From Octopus sinensis (lineage: Eukaryota), in contig NW_021834697.1 of the NCBI RefSeq assembly GCF_006345805.1, forward strand, positions 1-45,554: 45,554 nt of DNA, in the 5' to 3' direction. The position numbers were made by a program, and so were the translations under genes. The notes under the pieces are model-generated. The model ran no database searches and was not told the DNA's origin. It saw only the letters and a list, made by a program, of their open reading frames with translations. Of the stretch, positions 23,189-36,952 are shown in pieces. Within the stretch, counting starts at the first letter, position 1; the number at the start of each line of letters is the position of its first letter.

Positions 23189-23340
23189 TTACAACTACTA
23201 CTACTGTCGTTGGACTGCTTGATATATATATATATATATATGTTTTTCTATCTATCTATTTATTTATCTATCTATACACACACACACACACACATACCAC
23301 ACACATATATTTAAATACACACACACACACACACCCACAC
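22983..23340. repeat. Compound GTT/GCT/ACT/ACC then TA/CA microsatellite
   Basis: Read directly. Confidence 0.9.
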
Positions 23341-23659
23341 GAGTATGTTGGCGATGATAGATAAAAACTGATAATTAGGATTTAGAACTTTAATTATATG
23401 TTCTGGCAGTTCAGGTTGTTTCTGTTTTAAGTATATAATTTTAGTGTCTAGAAATCTAATTAAATATATCACTTTTTAAGTTTCTCGAATTTACTTCTGT
23501 AATTAATGATACTCGAGTCGAGTTTTAGCAGCAGAAGCGCAATCGAACCGCTTGCTCAGAGGTTGCAAGATCAAATCATTGTATTGCTGGGCAGAGCTCT
23601 ATTCTGCGAATACTTTGTTATGGTCTCTCTTTGTTATGTCTAAATATCAAATGTTACCA

Positions 23660-23825
23660 GAGCCGAGGTAATTTGGCACTGCTTCCCAACCACGTGGTTC
23701 AGGGTTCAGTCCCACTGCGTGACGCCTGGGTAAGTGTCTTTTATTTACTATAGCTCTGGGCTGACCAAAGCCTTGTGAGTGGATTTGGTAGATAGAAACG
23801 GAAAAAAGCAAGACCATCGCATACA

Positions 23826-23858
<33 letters not shown>

Positions 23859-24305
23859 GCACACATACGTACATACATACATACATACATACGTACGTAC
23901 TTACATGTATACATACATACAAACATACTAAATGGCGGTGCCCCAGCATGGCCACAGCTCGTGAGCTGAAACTAGATAAAATAAGATAAAATAAATAAAC
24001 ATGCATACATACATACATACATACATATACATACATACATACATACATACATACATGCACACATATTTATATTTGTGTCCTTGTGTTTGTCCAACACCAC
24101 CGCCGCTCGACAATCGATGTTTGTTTATTTACGCACTCGCAAATAGCGGTTCGGCAAAGGCAACCGACAGAATAAGTACCAGGCTTAAGAAAAAAAAAAA
24201 AAGAAAAAGAGCTGATCTCAATTTATTTGACTAAAAATCTTTCAGTCGCTGCTACAGCATGGCCACAGTCGAAAGAATGAAACAAGTAAATCCTAAAAGA
24301 TACAA
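23660..24305. mobile_element. Cluster of SINE A pieces: 5' part on minus (about 23660-23822), tail-only piece on plus (about 23930-23998), 3' half on plus (about 24070-24305)
   Basis: Segment matches to family A separated by (ATAC)n. Confidence 0.7.
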
Positions 24306-24522
24306 AGATAGGCTGATGTGTTCCAGGGATATTCTGATGAGGAACATTTTGTATTCCGTTGATCGATTTTGTAATCAAAAGAATCCATAAAACCGGAGCT
24401 GATTTCCGATTCCCGATGCATTAACGACCGACTGTACATTGATTAGTAGATTCCCATACAAGCAATAGACTGATAACATAATGCACGATGACAAATTATG
24501 AATTAATATTATGATTTCAATA

Positions 24523-25856
24523 GGCGGCGAGCTGGCAGAAACGTTAGCGCGCCGGGCGAAATGCGCAGCCGTATTTCGTCTGCCGTTACGTTGTGAGTTG
24601 AAATTCCGCCGAGGTCGACTTTGCCTTTCGTCCTTTCGGGGTCGATAAATTAAGTACCAGTTACGCACTGGGGTCGATATAATCGACTTATTCCGTTTTC
24701 TGTCCTTGTTTCTTTGTCTCCTCTATGTTTAGCCCCTTGTGGGTAGTAAAGAAATAGGTATTTAAAGACGGCAAGCTGGCAGAAACGTTAGCGCGCCGGG
24801 CGAAATGCGCAGCCGTATTTCGTCTGCCGTTACGTTCTGAGTTCAAATTCCGCCGAGGTCGACTTTGCCTTTCATCCTTTCGGGGTCGATAAATTAAGTA
24901 CCAGTTACGCTCTGGGGTCGATGTAATCGACTTAATCCGTTTGTCTGTCCTTGTTTGTCCCTTCTGTGTAGTAAAGAAATAGGTATTTCGTCTGTCTTTA
25001 TGTTCTGAGTTCAAATTCCACCGAGGTCGACTTTGACGTTCATCCTTTCGGTGTCGATAAATTAAGTACCAGTTATGTACTGAGGTCGATCTAATCGTCT
25101 GCCCCCCTTCCCCCAAATTTCGGGCTTTGTGCCTAGAGTAAAAAAGAATATTATGATTTCAATAAGTGGTGAGGTGGCAGAGTTGTTAGCACACCGGACA
25201 AAATGCTTAGCGACATTTTGTCCGCTTTTACGTTCTGTGCTCAAATGCCGCCCGGGTTGACTTTGCCTTTCATCCTTTCGAGGTCGATAAAATAAGTACC
25301 AGTTGAGCACTGGGGTCGATGTAATCGACTTACCGCCTCCCTCGAAATTACCGGCCTTGTACTAAAATTAGAAATTTATCCTATAATTTCAATAAAGGCG
25401 GCAAGCTGGCAGAATCATTAGCACGTGGGCTAAAACGTTTAGCAGCATTTCGTCCGTCTTTATGTTCTGAGTTCAAATTCCGCTGAGGTCGACTTTGCCT
25501 TTCATTCTTATAGGGCGGCGAGCTGACAGAATCCTTAATACGGTGGGCAAAATGCCGAGCACTGGGAGCGATGTAATCGACTTACCTCCTCTCCAAGAAA
25601 TGCTGGCCTCGTGCTAAAATTTGAAACGTATATTATGATTCCGAAGGTAGCGAGATGGCGGAACTGTTAAGACGCCGGGTAAAATGCTTAGTAAGGTCTG
25701 AGTTCAAATTCTGCCGAGGTTGACTTTACTTTTCGCCCTTTCGGGGTCGATAAAGTAAGAGTACCAGTTGAACACTGGGGTCGATATAATCGACTTAACT
25801 CCTCTTTTAAAATTGCTGGCCTTGTATCAAAATTTGAAACCTATATGATTTCAATA
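24523..25856 (+). mobile_element. Head-to-tail array of about 7 SINE C units
   Basis: Heads at 24523, about 24765, 25165, 25396, 25512 and 25643, plus a headless unit at about 24989; all on plus; junction motif TATGATTTCAATA recurs. Confidence 0.88.
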
Positions 25857-25916
25857 ACAGGATTAACAAATATAAGAAGTAAATACTAATTCATAATTGT
25901 TTTACAAATTTAAACA

Positions 25917-26079
25917 GGCGCAGGAGTGGCTGTGTGGTAAGTATCTTGCTTACCAATCACATGGTTCCAGGGTCATTCTTGGGCAAGTGTCTTCTACTAT
26001 AGGCACCTTGGGCAAGTGTCTTCTACTATAGCCTCGGGCTGATTTGTTTGACGGAAACTGAAAAGAAGCCCGCCGTATC

Positions 26080-26125
<46 letters not shown>

Positions 26126-26380
26126 TGTGTGTGTGTGTGTTGTATGTATGTATGTATGTATGTTTGTGTGTCTGTGTTTGTCCCCCAACATCGCTTGACA
26201 ACGGATGCTGGTGTGTTTACATCCCCGTAACTTAGCGGTTCGGTAAAAGAGACCGATAGAATAAGTACTAGGCTTACAAAGAATAAGTCCTGGGGTCGAT
26301 TTGCTCGGTTAAAGGCGGTGCTCCAGCATGGCCGAAGTCAAATGACTGAATCAAGTAAAAGAGTAAAAGAGTAAAAGAGA
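25917..26380 (+). mobile_element. SINE family A with a short internal duplication
   Basis: Full head and tail; CTTGGGCAAGTGTCTTCTACTATAG occurs twice within about 25977-26032. Confidence 0.9.
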
Positions 26381-26390
26381 GAGGCTACAA

Positions 26391-26500
26391 AGGCGCGTGG
26401 CTTAGTGTTTAGGGGTATTCGCACGCAATCGTAAGGTAGTGAGTTCGATTCCTCGTGGGGCTTTTGTTTCCTTGAGCAAAAACACTTTATTTCACGTTGC
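26391..26500 (+). mobile_element. SINE head of B4 type (fragment)
   Basis: AGGCGCGTGGCTTAGTG...GTTCGATTCC matches the head at 30821. Confidence 0.6.
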
Positions 26501-26947
26501 TTACATTGAATAATGTACACAGGGGGTACGCAATACTTACACAAAAAACAAACAAATGTCAGGATGGTTTCGATCAAGACTCACCAAACACTAAGCGACA
26601 AAAACGTCCCCCCCCCTTAAAAAAACAAATAAACAAAAAAAACATCACCAACAACAGCGATAACAACAATAACTTTCGCTGCTTTTGCCTCGAGAACCCA
26701 TTAGTGTCGTAACTACAGCTGTATGATCACGGCTGGAGTGCCTTTGATCAGATCTGACCTTGAGCTAACAACAACAACATCAACAACAACGACAACAACA
26801 GAAACACCGACAGCAACAGCAACAGCAGCAACAATTACAACACTGAGGAAATGTAGCTTTAATCAATTAAATCTATCGCGTTTTCCGCACAAAGTATGTC
26901 AGCTTTTACTCCACTAATATTTATAGCACTTTTAAATTTTGTGTCTG

Positions 26948-27397
<450 letters not shown>

Positions 27398-27888
27398 TAA
27401 TATTGAGTTCCTAGACGAGGTCGGTGATTCACCACCATTGTTCACCCGTTTCTGGGATTCTAGGTAATGTCTAAATCGGTTCGCTCAACGCTCTGTTCTC
27501 CATTTCAACAATCGGCATGGCTTCCACGTGAAAAAAAAGGAAAAATCAATATTTTATTAATCTAAACATTTATTGCTCATTACAGAACATCTTTTCTTCA
27601 AAACAAAGTGAATATTCTCCACTGACTTTAGTCTCTCTCTCTCTTCCATTTATTTGTCTTTAAAATGTTCTCTGATATAACTTGAAGAGAAAATAAAATC
27701 ACTTTAACCTCTTTCTGATTGGTTCGAATCCCCATCTTCCCTCTCTCTTTCTCTCTCTTTTTTACTCTCTCAGTCTTTTTTCATTTCCGTTTTCCCCCTC
27801 GGGTCCTCTCTCTATAACTCTTTCTCTATATAGGCCCTCACATTCACTCATGCGCGCATGCACATACACAAACACACACATTATACAT

Positions 27889-28197
27889 TTGCTGTTTGTT
27901 CCTTCTCGAGCCAAGCCTGGCTCATAAGGGCCGGTTTCCTGGTTTCCTTGGCGTATAGGATTCCCCACCTGGACGGGACGCTGGTCCGTCGCAGGTGAGC
28001 AGCAAGATGCAGGAGGAAAGAGTGAGAGAAAGTTGTGGCGAAAGAATCAGTAGTAGTTCGCCATTACCTTCTGCCGGAGCCGTGTGGAGCTTAGGTGTTT
28101 CGCTCATAAACACACACATCGCCCGGTCTGAGATTCGAACCTGCGACCTCCTCGACCGCGAGTTCGCTGCTCTAACCACTAGGCCATGTGCCTCCAC
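27889..28197 (-). mobile_element. SINE family B, subtype B3
   Basis: Perfect 12-bp TSD CACATTATACAT at 27877-27888 and 28198-28209. Confidence 0.92.
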
Positions 28198-28573
28198 CAC
28201 ATTATACATAAGAGCGCTTATATCGTTATTAGACGAACTTTGCCGAAAGTTCTAACATTCCACAGAGCTAGAACACCGGACCAAGCATATAACGATAGTT
28301 TATTTATTTGTTTTCGTCTTTTTGTGTTGGAACATCGGATAGAGTGCCTTGTTTTATTTGCCCCGGGTCTCTGCGCTATTGGTTCAAATCATGCCGAGGT
28401 CCACTTCTCTTTGCATCATTCTAGGTTTGATAAATGAAGTATCAAATACTGGAATAGTTCTCTCGAAATTGGTTATGTTGCATGGGAGGAAATTTCGCAG
28501 AGGCACATCTGTTTCACAAATGCAGCAGGGCTGTTGAAAATTTCAAGAACAAGCCGATGTGTATTTAAGCACT

Positions 28574-29222
28574 TAGTTAGTTAGTTAGTTAGTTAATTTG
28601 GCTCAAAAGCAAATAGCAAGGCCATGTAGGGGGACATGGAGTTAAGTACAGGGTGGTGTTCATGTAAAGAGTTCAGGCCACTTGAGGTCCAGGGAGGCTT
28701 TGAACAAAGCGGTCGTCGGCATCTTCACCATCTCGTCTGGCAGCTTGTTCCACGGATCCGCAACCCGGACGGAGAAAGCTCCTCTCCTTCGATTGAGATG
28801 AAATCGTCGCAGGTAGAGCTTTTCGGAATGACCCCGCAGCCGACGCTCCGGAGCAGGAGTGAAGAACAGCTCTTTCGAGAGGTTACACTTCCCGCTTATG
28901 ATGTTGTGGGCGAGAATGAGATCACCACGGCGGCGGCGTTTTTCAAGAGAACAAAGGTCGAGCGTCCTCAGCCTTCTTCGTAGGACAAATTTTGAGACCA
29001 TGAACCATGCGGGTAGCCAGCCTCTGGACTCTTTCGAGGTGCTGTATGTCTTTGAGGAGATAAGGAGAAGAGGCTTGAATCCCATACTCCAATATGGGTC
29101 TCACCAGCGTGACATAGAGTGGCAGGAATATGGCTGCTGTGAGCATTCCGAATGACCGTCGAATCAAAAACAGAATTCCGCGCGCTTTGTTGGCAGCATG
29201 GACGCACTGGGCCGAAGGCGAA
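28574..29222 (-). mobile_element. CR1-clade LINE 3' end with (TAAC)n tail
   Basis: LPLYVTLVRPILEY...LERVQRLATRMV...LCSLEKRRRRGDLI...LRGHSEKL...FSVRVADPWNKLP; small frameshifts; tandem tail at 28574-28595. Confidence 0.9.
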
Positions 29223-29260
29223 AAGGAGGAAGGTTAATTTGTTTACTTATTAATTTATTA

Positions 29261-29550
29261 TGGCCTAGTGGTTAGAGCAGCAGACTCGCGGTCGAGGGAT
29301 CGCGGGTCCGAATCTCAGACCGGGTGATGTGTGTGTTTATGAGCGAAACACCTAAGCTGCACGTGTCTCCGGCAGAAGGTAATGGCGAACTTCTGCTGAC
29401 TCTTTCGTCACAACTTTCTCTCACTCTTTCCTCCTGCATCTTGCAGCTCACCTGCGACGGACCGGCGTCCCGTCCAGGTGGGGAACCTATACACCACGGA
29501 AACCGGGAAACCGGTCCTAATGAGCGAGCGTGGCTCGAGAAGGAACAAAC
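29261..29550 (+). mobile_element. SINE family B, subtype B3
   Basis: 12-bp TSD ATTAATTTATTA at 29249-29260 and 29551-29562. Confidence 0.9.
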
Positions 29551-29603
29551 ATTAATTTATTATCGTTAACATTTTAATTCTTTATTATTGTTGTCATTTA
29601 TAA

Positions 29604-30645
29604 GGCGGCGAACTCGCAGGATTGCTATTGCGCTTGGCAAAATGTTTAGCGTCATTTTATCAATCTTTACGTTCAGAGATCAAATTCTGTCGTGGCCGAC
29701 TTTGCCTTTTATATTTCCAGGGTCGATAAAATAAGTAGCAATCAAGAACTTGGATCGATGTAATCGACTTCTCTCTCTCTCTCTCTCTCTCTCGTGCCCT
29801 GTGCCGAAATTTGACTTCTCTCTCTCTCTCTACTGACCCTGTGCCAAGATTTGAAATCCTTATTATTGATTTCAGTTTTTGGCATAAGCCAAGCAATTTC
29901 GGGAGAAGAGATAAGTCGATTACATCGACCCCAGTGTTCAACTGGTACTTATTTTATCGACCCCGAAAGGATGAAAGGCAAAGTCGACCGCGGTGGCATT
30001 TGAACTCAGAATATTATTATCATCTATATTACTGAGATGGAATCATTAGAACGCTGGAAAAACTACTTTGCGATATTTGCTCCTGTTTTTTTCGTTCTAA
30101 GGTCGACTTTGCATTTCATCTTTTTGGTATCGATAAAATAAAGCACCAGCTAAGTTCTGGGGGGTGGAATCGACTAAATCCCACCCCTACCAAAGCTGAT
30201 GCGCTTTTGTCAAAATCTGAAATACTTATTGATTTCTAATTCTGGCAACAAGATCAACAATTTCGGAAAGAGGGCATGTCAATTACATCGGCCCCCAGTG
30301 TTTAACTGGTACTTTTTTTATTTATCGACCCTGCAAGGATGAAGGGCAAAGTCGATCCCGGTGACATTTGAACTCAGAACGAAATGTCGCTAAGCATTTT
30401 GCCCAGCGTGCTAACTATTCTGCCAGCTCACCGCCTTAATTTGAAATACTTACTAACGTACAATCGTTAGAGAGTCGGAAGTATATGATTTGATGTATTT
30501 ATTCCGGTTCATTACTTGTGGGTTCAAATCTCGTCCGGTTGTAATCTGCTTGTCATCCTTTCAGGGTCGATAAAATAAGATACCAGTCAAAGACTGTGAT
30601 CAGTTGCATTGACCAAACTTACCCCGCTCAAAGTTCCTGCCGTTG
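29604..30645. mobile_element. Cluster of five diverged SINE C copies in alternating orientation (+ - + - +)
   Basis: + 29604-29865, - 29866-30010, + about 30040-30225, - 30226-30435, + about 30490-30645. Confidence 0.7.
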
Positions 30646-30820
30646 TGCCTATATTTAAATCTTATATAATTCATATTATTTGTTTGTTATTACATATTTG
30701 TATGACTTATTTCAAGCATCAGCACACAAGTACACAGCATTTTTTGTCCGTTGCTCTACCGATTCAGCCACCTCCATCAACATTCTATTATTATTTACAT
30801 TATTGCAAGAGTCGCGGAGG

Positions 30821-31080
30821 TTAGGCGCGTGGCTTAGTGGTTAGGGTGTCAGCAACATGATCGTAAGATTGTGGTTTCGATTCCTGAACCGGGCGACGCG
30901 TTGTGTTCTTGAGAAAAACACTTCATTTCCCGTTGCTCCAGTCCACTCAGCTGGCAAAAATGAGTAACGCTGCGATGGACTGGCATACCGTCCAGCTGGG
31001 GAACACATACGCCACTGAAACCGGGAAACCGGGCCCATGAACCTGGTTAGGCTTTAAAAGGGCGCATTTATTTTTTTATT
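30821..31080 (+). mobile_element. SINE subtype B4 (different head, B2-type tail)
   Basis: 14-bp TSD AAGAGT(C/G)GCGGAGG at 30807-30820 and 31081-31094; 3' part matches 8620-8737. Confidence 0.88.
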
Positions 31081-31863
31081 AAGAGTGGCGGAGGCAGAAT
31101 CGTTAGAGTATGAGATGTTTAGTTACATTTCTTTACGTCCTGAGTTCTGATCCAGTTGAGGGCGACTTAAGTTTTATGTTTCTGGGTTCGATAAAAAAAT
31201 GTATTCCTCAATTAAAATCAGCGAGATATTGTGCATGACAAACCTTTAGATTATGAAATTATCCTTTAAACAATGCTTTAAATTATCTCCTCCTCTTTGT
31301 CTGTCTCACTCCTCACACACACCACAAACGGGCGTTATTAATCTGGACCAGCATTTCCGTCCGCGAGCGTTCAGTTGTTCCTTCCATAGATCCACCGTCG
31401 TTGTTAAACTAGCGTGAGCGTCGCTGACTGTTGCACAGGCATGTGTACTCTTAACATATTCCTCAGGTAGCGCCGGCAGTAAGAGGCTATGTGATAAAAC
31501 AGGGCCTTTGAATTGGATGGGAAATCCCATGTATGTAGGTACACTTATATATTCATACATCGACATGAAATGCAGTCTTACTTTTACCTGTGACCGCTAC
31601 ATTACATTACACTGCGAAGGCTATGAATTTGCAATCCAAGAGAAGGCTACAAAATACCTAATGAACAAAAGAGGCCACGAAGCCCTTGAAGTCCCTAGAT
31701 GCAACCGAAAATGGTGTGCAGGACATCACGCACGTAATCGCAACTACCTAATATTGTTATGAAGGTAAAGCCTCCTAATGTCACTAGACGCTGACGCTAA
31801 AACAACATACGATACCATCCCCAAAATGACTGCTCTGGAATAAATATTAACAGACGATGAATA

Positions 31864-32437
<574 letters not shown>

Positions 32438-32769
32438 GCCGCTTCCCTGTTATTGAATACATACATAAATATCAAGGAAAATTGGTGGAATATTCTCATC
32501 AAAACGTCTGTCAAGCGTAAACATAACAGGCCCAGATATCGTTGTTAGGAACAGATAAGAAAATGTACTGTGATGGCGATAACCTGTCCTGTTAACGTGA
32601 AGAGTCCACCAAACGTTGTTTTCCTCTCTATCTGTCTAACTCACACACAAATACACACATTGTGAATCAGAACCAGAATTTCCGTCCATCAGTGTTCAGT
32701 TGTTTAAAAAACCAAAGAGTAAGTGGAAAAATGTGAACAACTGCTCTGAAACCTGCAGCTTCTATTTTT

Positions 32770-33049
32770 TTAATTATTTATGCACCCTTTTCAAGCCTAG
32801 CCAGGCTCATGGGCCCGGTTTCCCGGTTTCTGTGGCGTATGTGTCCCCCCCCCCCGCCCCTGGACGGGACGCCAGTCCATCGCAGCGTTACTCAAGAAAC
32901 AGGAAGAAAGCGTGAGAGAAAGTTGGGGGCAAAAGAGTACAACAGGGGTCACCAACACCCCCTGCCGGAGCCTCGTGCAGCTTTAGGTGTTTTCGCTCAA
33001 TAAACACACAACGAGTCCGCTGCCCTAACCACCGTGCCATTGCGCCTCC
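32770..33049 (-). mobile_element. SINE subtype B2 with the B-box region deleted
   Basis: Reverse complement of 8424-8740, lacking the segment that carries the B-box. Confidence 0.85.
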
Positions 33050-33338
33050 ATAGCCTCTATACCTAGATAATAAATCCTTATTTATACCAATAATAATTGG
33101 TGCTCTTCGTTTTGTGACTAAATGCCTTAGCTAGAGTTTTCATAAAGAGAAATGAATCAGCAAACACGTACATTACAATTACAATCTTTAAGCAGAAGCG
33201 TAAAAGTATACAAGACTTTTCACAATTTCAAAATGTGAATACATTTTTGTTACTTACATTCCAACGGTGTAGCTTTGTATTTCGGTTAGAAACCTGCACC
33301 CTTCCTTAGAGAAAGATTTTAAATAATTTAGAACAGAA

Positions 33339-33715
33339 CGTACATACATACATAATACATACATACATACATACATGCATACATACATACCTATATATAC
33401 ATACATACATATACATACATACATACATACATACATACATACATACATACATACATACATACATACATGCATATATATACATACACACACATATACATAA
33501 ATACATACATACATACACACATACATACATACATCTACATACATACATACACACACATACATACATACATACATACATACATACATGCATGCACATACAT
33601 ACATCCATACACACATACATACATACATACATACATACATACATACATACATACACACCCACATACATACATAATACATACATACATACATACATACATA
33701 CGTACATACATACAT
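33339..33715. repeat. (ACAT)n microsatellite, about 375 bp
   Basis: Read directly. Confidence 0.95.
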
Positions 33716-34045
33716 GTATAAGAAAATGAGATGACATAGGAATAAACGATTATCTTACGAACTTTATTAGATAACAGCTGTTTCTGCAATAAAATACAGC
33801 GGAGTCATAGTTGAGCGCCAAAGTTACACCTTATAGCTTCATCGGAACCCCATACATATTATAGAAGAGACAACTATAAGCTGTTCATAAGGTAATCGTT
33901 TATAAGACAATCGTTTTATTTCCTTTGTCATTTCTTGTTATCGCTCTGTATTCGACCAATGCTTCGTTCTAAAGTATATGTATATTGTGTTCTATATCAG
34001 GTTGTTAGTATCACAATGCCTAAACGATATATGTGTAAGCGCGGG

Positions 34046-34087
<42 letters not shown>

Positions 34088-34425
34088 GACAAGAGCGCAA
34101 AACATCCGGACAGCTAGGTGAAACAAAAATTTTTACCGGCATCCTCTCTGTCGCCGGGTATAATCTTCGTCTGCGCAGTGGTTTGAAAAGTTAGGATTTA
34201 CAAACCGTTAGATCTACATGTGGATCTAGCAGTCTGTATGTCAAGATTCTTAAGGCTGTACCACTGAAGAAACTGGCCTTCAGGAAATACTTTTTTGCTG
34301 GAAATAGTTAGAAACCCTCGGTCTGGGAAATAGTTGAGATGGTAAATGTTTTTAATTTTCATTCCTTTCGTGAATTTATCCTTTTTTGTGTTCTGGCACA
34401 ATGCTTTCCTATTTGGAAGCCTCTT

Positions 34426-34465
<40 letters not shown>

Positions 34466-34610
34466 GGTGATGAATTATCCTATGTTTATCGTCAGCATGG
34501 AAAATTCGTTTAACCGAAACCTGGGTAGCAAATTCATGCCAGAAACACGGTTGAAGCGACCTGTCCAAGGGTAGAAACTCCGGTTCATGTGCAGAAATTT
34601 GTGTGTTTAT

Positions 34611-34961
34611 AATAAAGTGAAAGAATGGAGTCGAACGAAGATGTTAACAAAATTCCTTTACTCTCGACTTACTTTCGAAGACAATATGTTTTCATTCCAA
34701 AGGAATAAAGGGTGCAATTATGCAATCTTCTCATCAGGAAAGAAAGGGCCTCTCTCGACAACAAGATTCGTTTTGTTTACCATGTCATCGAAATTTTGTG
34801 TTTGTCTTGTTGTCGAGAGAGGCTCCCTTTCTTTCCTGATGAGAAGATTGCATAATGCACCCTTTATTCCTTTGGAATGGAAACATGTTGTCTTCGAAAC
34901 ATATGTCGAGAGTAAAGGAATTTTGTTAACATCTTCGTTCGACTCCATTCTTTCATTTATT
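34611..34961. repeat. Near-perfect long inverted repeat (MITE / hairpin), arms about 156 bp, loop about 38 nt
   Basis: 34611-34766 is nearly identical to the reverse complement of 34805-34961 (e.g. GAAAGAATGGAGTCGAACGAAGATGTTAACAAAATTCCTTTACTCTCGAC). Confidence 0.95.
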
Positions 34962-35989
34962 CATATATATATATGTACGTTGGTTTATGCGGGGAGAATG
35001 AAAGAGGAGCGTTCATGCTGTGGAGGATATACATGTATTTTTACCTTTTTGTATTGAAACTGAAACCGTGAATTTGTCTCGCCATGCTCCCGAAGATAGC
35101 AGTCGGGTGAAACTCGAGTCACGAGAAAAACACTTACTTTCAGTTTCACTAAAAAAATATTTTCTTCTCTCCTTCTCTATGTATGTACGTACGTACGTAC
35201 TACGTATGTACAAATGGGTGTGTGCATGTATATATATATATATATTATATGTGTGTGTTTGTGTGTGAGTGTGTCTATGTGTGCGTGAGTGTTCATATAT
35301 TTATGCATACATATATGCACACACATTTATTCTCAAAAGTGTGATAAAAGGAAAGAAAAAATATAACAATCATTGTATATTCCAATTTATGTATATATTA
35401 TTGTCAAATATTTCGAACATACATACAACACTCTTTATACGTATCATGGTTATTATTATACATTAATTCAAACTTGTGTAACATATGTATTAATATATAC
35501 AACGACGTTCTGAAAAGAAAGGTATATGGTTATTCTGTTCTATAATTTTTTTTATTATTGAAGAGAAACTGTTCATCTTATTTTATCGAAACGTATTGTC
35601 TCAAGATCGAAACGAAATATATAAGACCATCCGTATTTCCTGTAAAATATCTCTGAAACAAATTTAATTTTTCTATTATATTTTTGGATATAAAAAAAAA
35701 CACGTACACACACACATACATACAAAAAAAAAATCAAATCAGAGAAACAGATTTTGAGATAGCTTCTGGTAAAAAAAAAATTTGGTATAAAAAAAAAAGC
35801 AAATGAAAATAAGGAAAAAGAAATTGTGAAGAATATCAAAGAAAACTAAACGAAAAACGAACGAGGAAATTCTTCAGAAAGATGCCTGTTTCATTTCTAT
35901 CCATTTTTCTAAGATTCTGGATTATTGAATTATTTTTTTATTTCGTCTTTTTTGGCATTTTATTCATAATTTTTATTTTCATGACTATC

Positions 35990-36338
35990 ATCATCATCGT
36001 CTTATTATTATTAGATTATTATTATTATTATTTTATTATTATTATTATTTATTATTATTATTATTATTCTTATTCTCTTCTTCTTCTTAATTCTTCTTCT
36101 TCTTCTTCTTTTCTTCTTCTTCTTCTTCTTCTCTTCTTCTTTTCTTCTTCTTCTTCTTCTTATTGCTATTATTATTTTACTATTATCATTTTTACTATTA
36201 TTATTACTGTTATTATTATTATTATTATCATTATTATTATTATTATTAATTATATTATTATTATTATTATTATTATTATCATCATCATCATCATCATCAG
36301 TATTATTGTTATTATTATTATTATCATTATTATTATTA

Positions 36339-36397
<59 letters not shown>

Positions 36398-36399
36398 TG

Positions 36400-36430
<31 letters not shown>

Positions 36431-36432
36431 AT
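35990..36432. repeat. Compound ATC/ATT/TCT/GTT trinucleotide microsatellite
   Basis: Read directly. Confidence 0.95.
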
Positions 36433-36639
36433 CATTTCCCCAACAAAAGTCCTACAAAATTCGTCAATCAATATTTTCTTTCAAATCTCTTCATACTTCA
36501 CTACTCTTCATCATAAGTTTTACCAAATCATTTTTTCTTCTATTTTCTTTCCCCAATCGACTAAATTCATTCTTTCCTTCGTTTTCTTTTTCGTTTAATT
36601 ATTCATCTGTAGGACTAACTTTGCCATGTTACCCTACTC

Positions 36640-36914
36640 CTCTTTCTCTCTGTCTCTCTGTCTCTCTCTCTGTCTCTGTCTTTCTCTTTTACTGTCTCTC
36701 TTTCTCTCAATATGTCTCTCTTCATTTCTCCCTCTTGCACATTCTTCCCTTTTCTCTATCAATCAGTCTCTCTCATTCACTTACTATCTCTCTCTCTCTC
36801 TCTCATTGGTTTCCTTTTTTAAAACTTTTCTTCATTTCTCTTCCCTTTTACTTTCCATGTTCCACAATCTCTTTTTTTTCCCGCCACCTCTCACTCTATT
36901 TCTCATCCAGTGTC

Positions 36915-36952
<38 letters not shown>

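Noticed and set aside
24523-25856. Regularly repeated units as a CRISPR array
   Set aside because: Units are about 110-240 bp SINE copies with Pol III boxes; there is no short repeat/unique spacer pattern, no cas gene, and the context is eukaryotic.
34587-35057. 156-aa ORF and its antisense partner
   Set aside because: Both lie across the inverted repeat; sense and antisense openness is a by-product of the palindrome.
35055-35148. 11-bp inverted repeat TGAAACTGAAA / TTTCAGTTTCA as a mini-MITE
   Set aside because: Short and AT-rich, with no TSD; compatible with chance.
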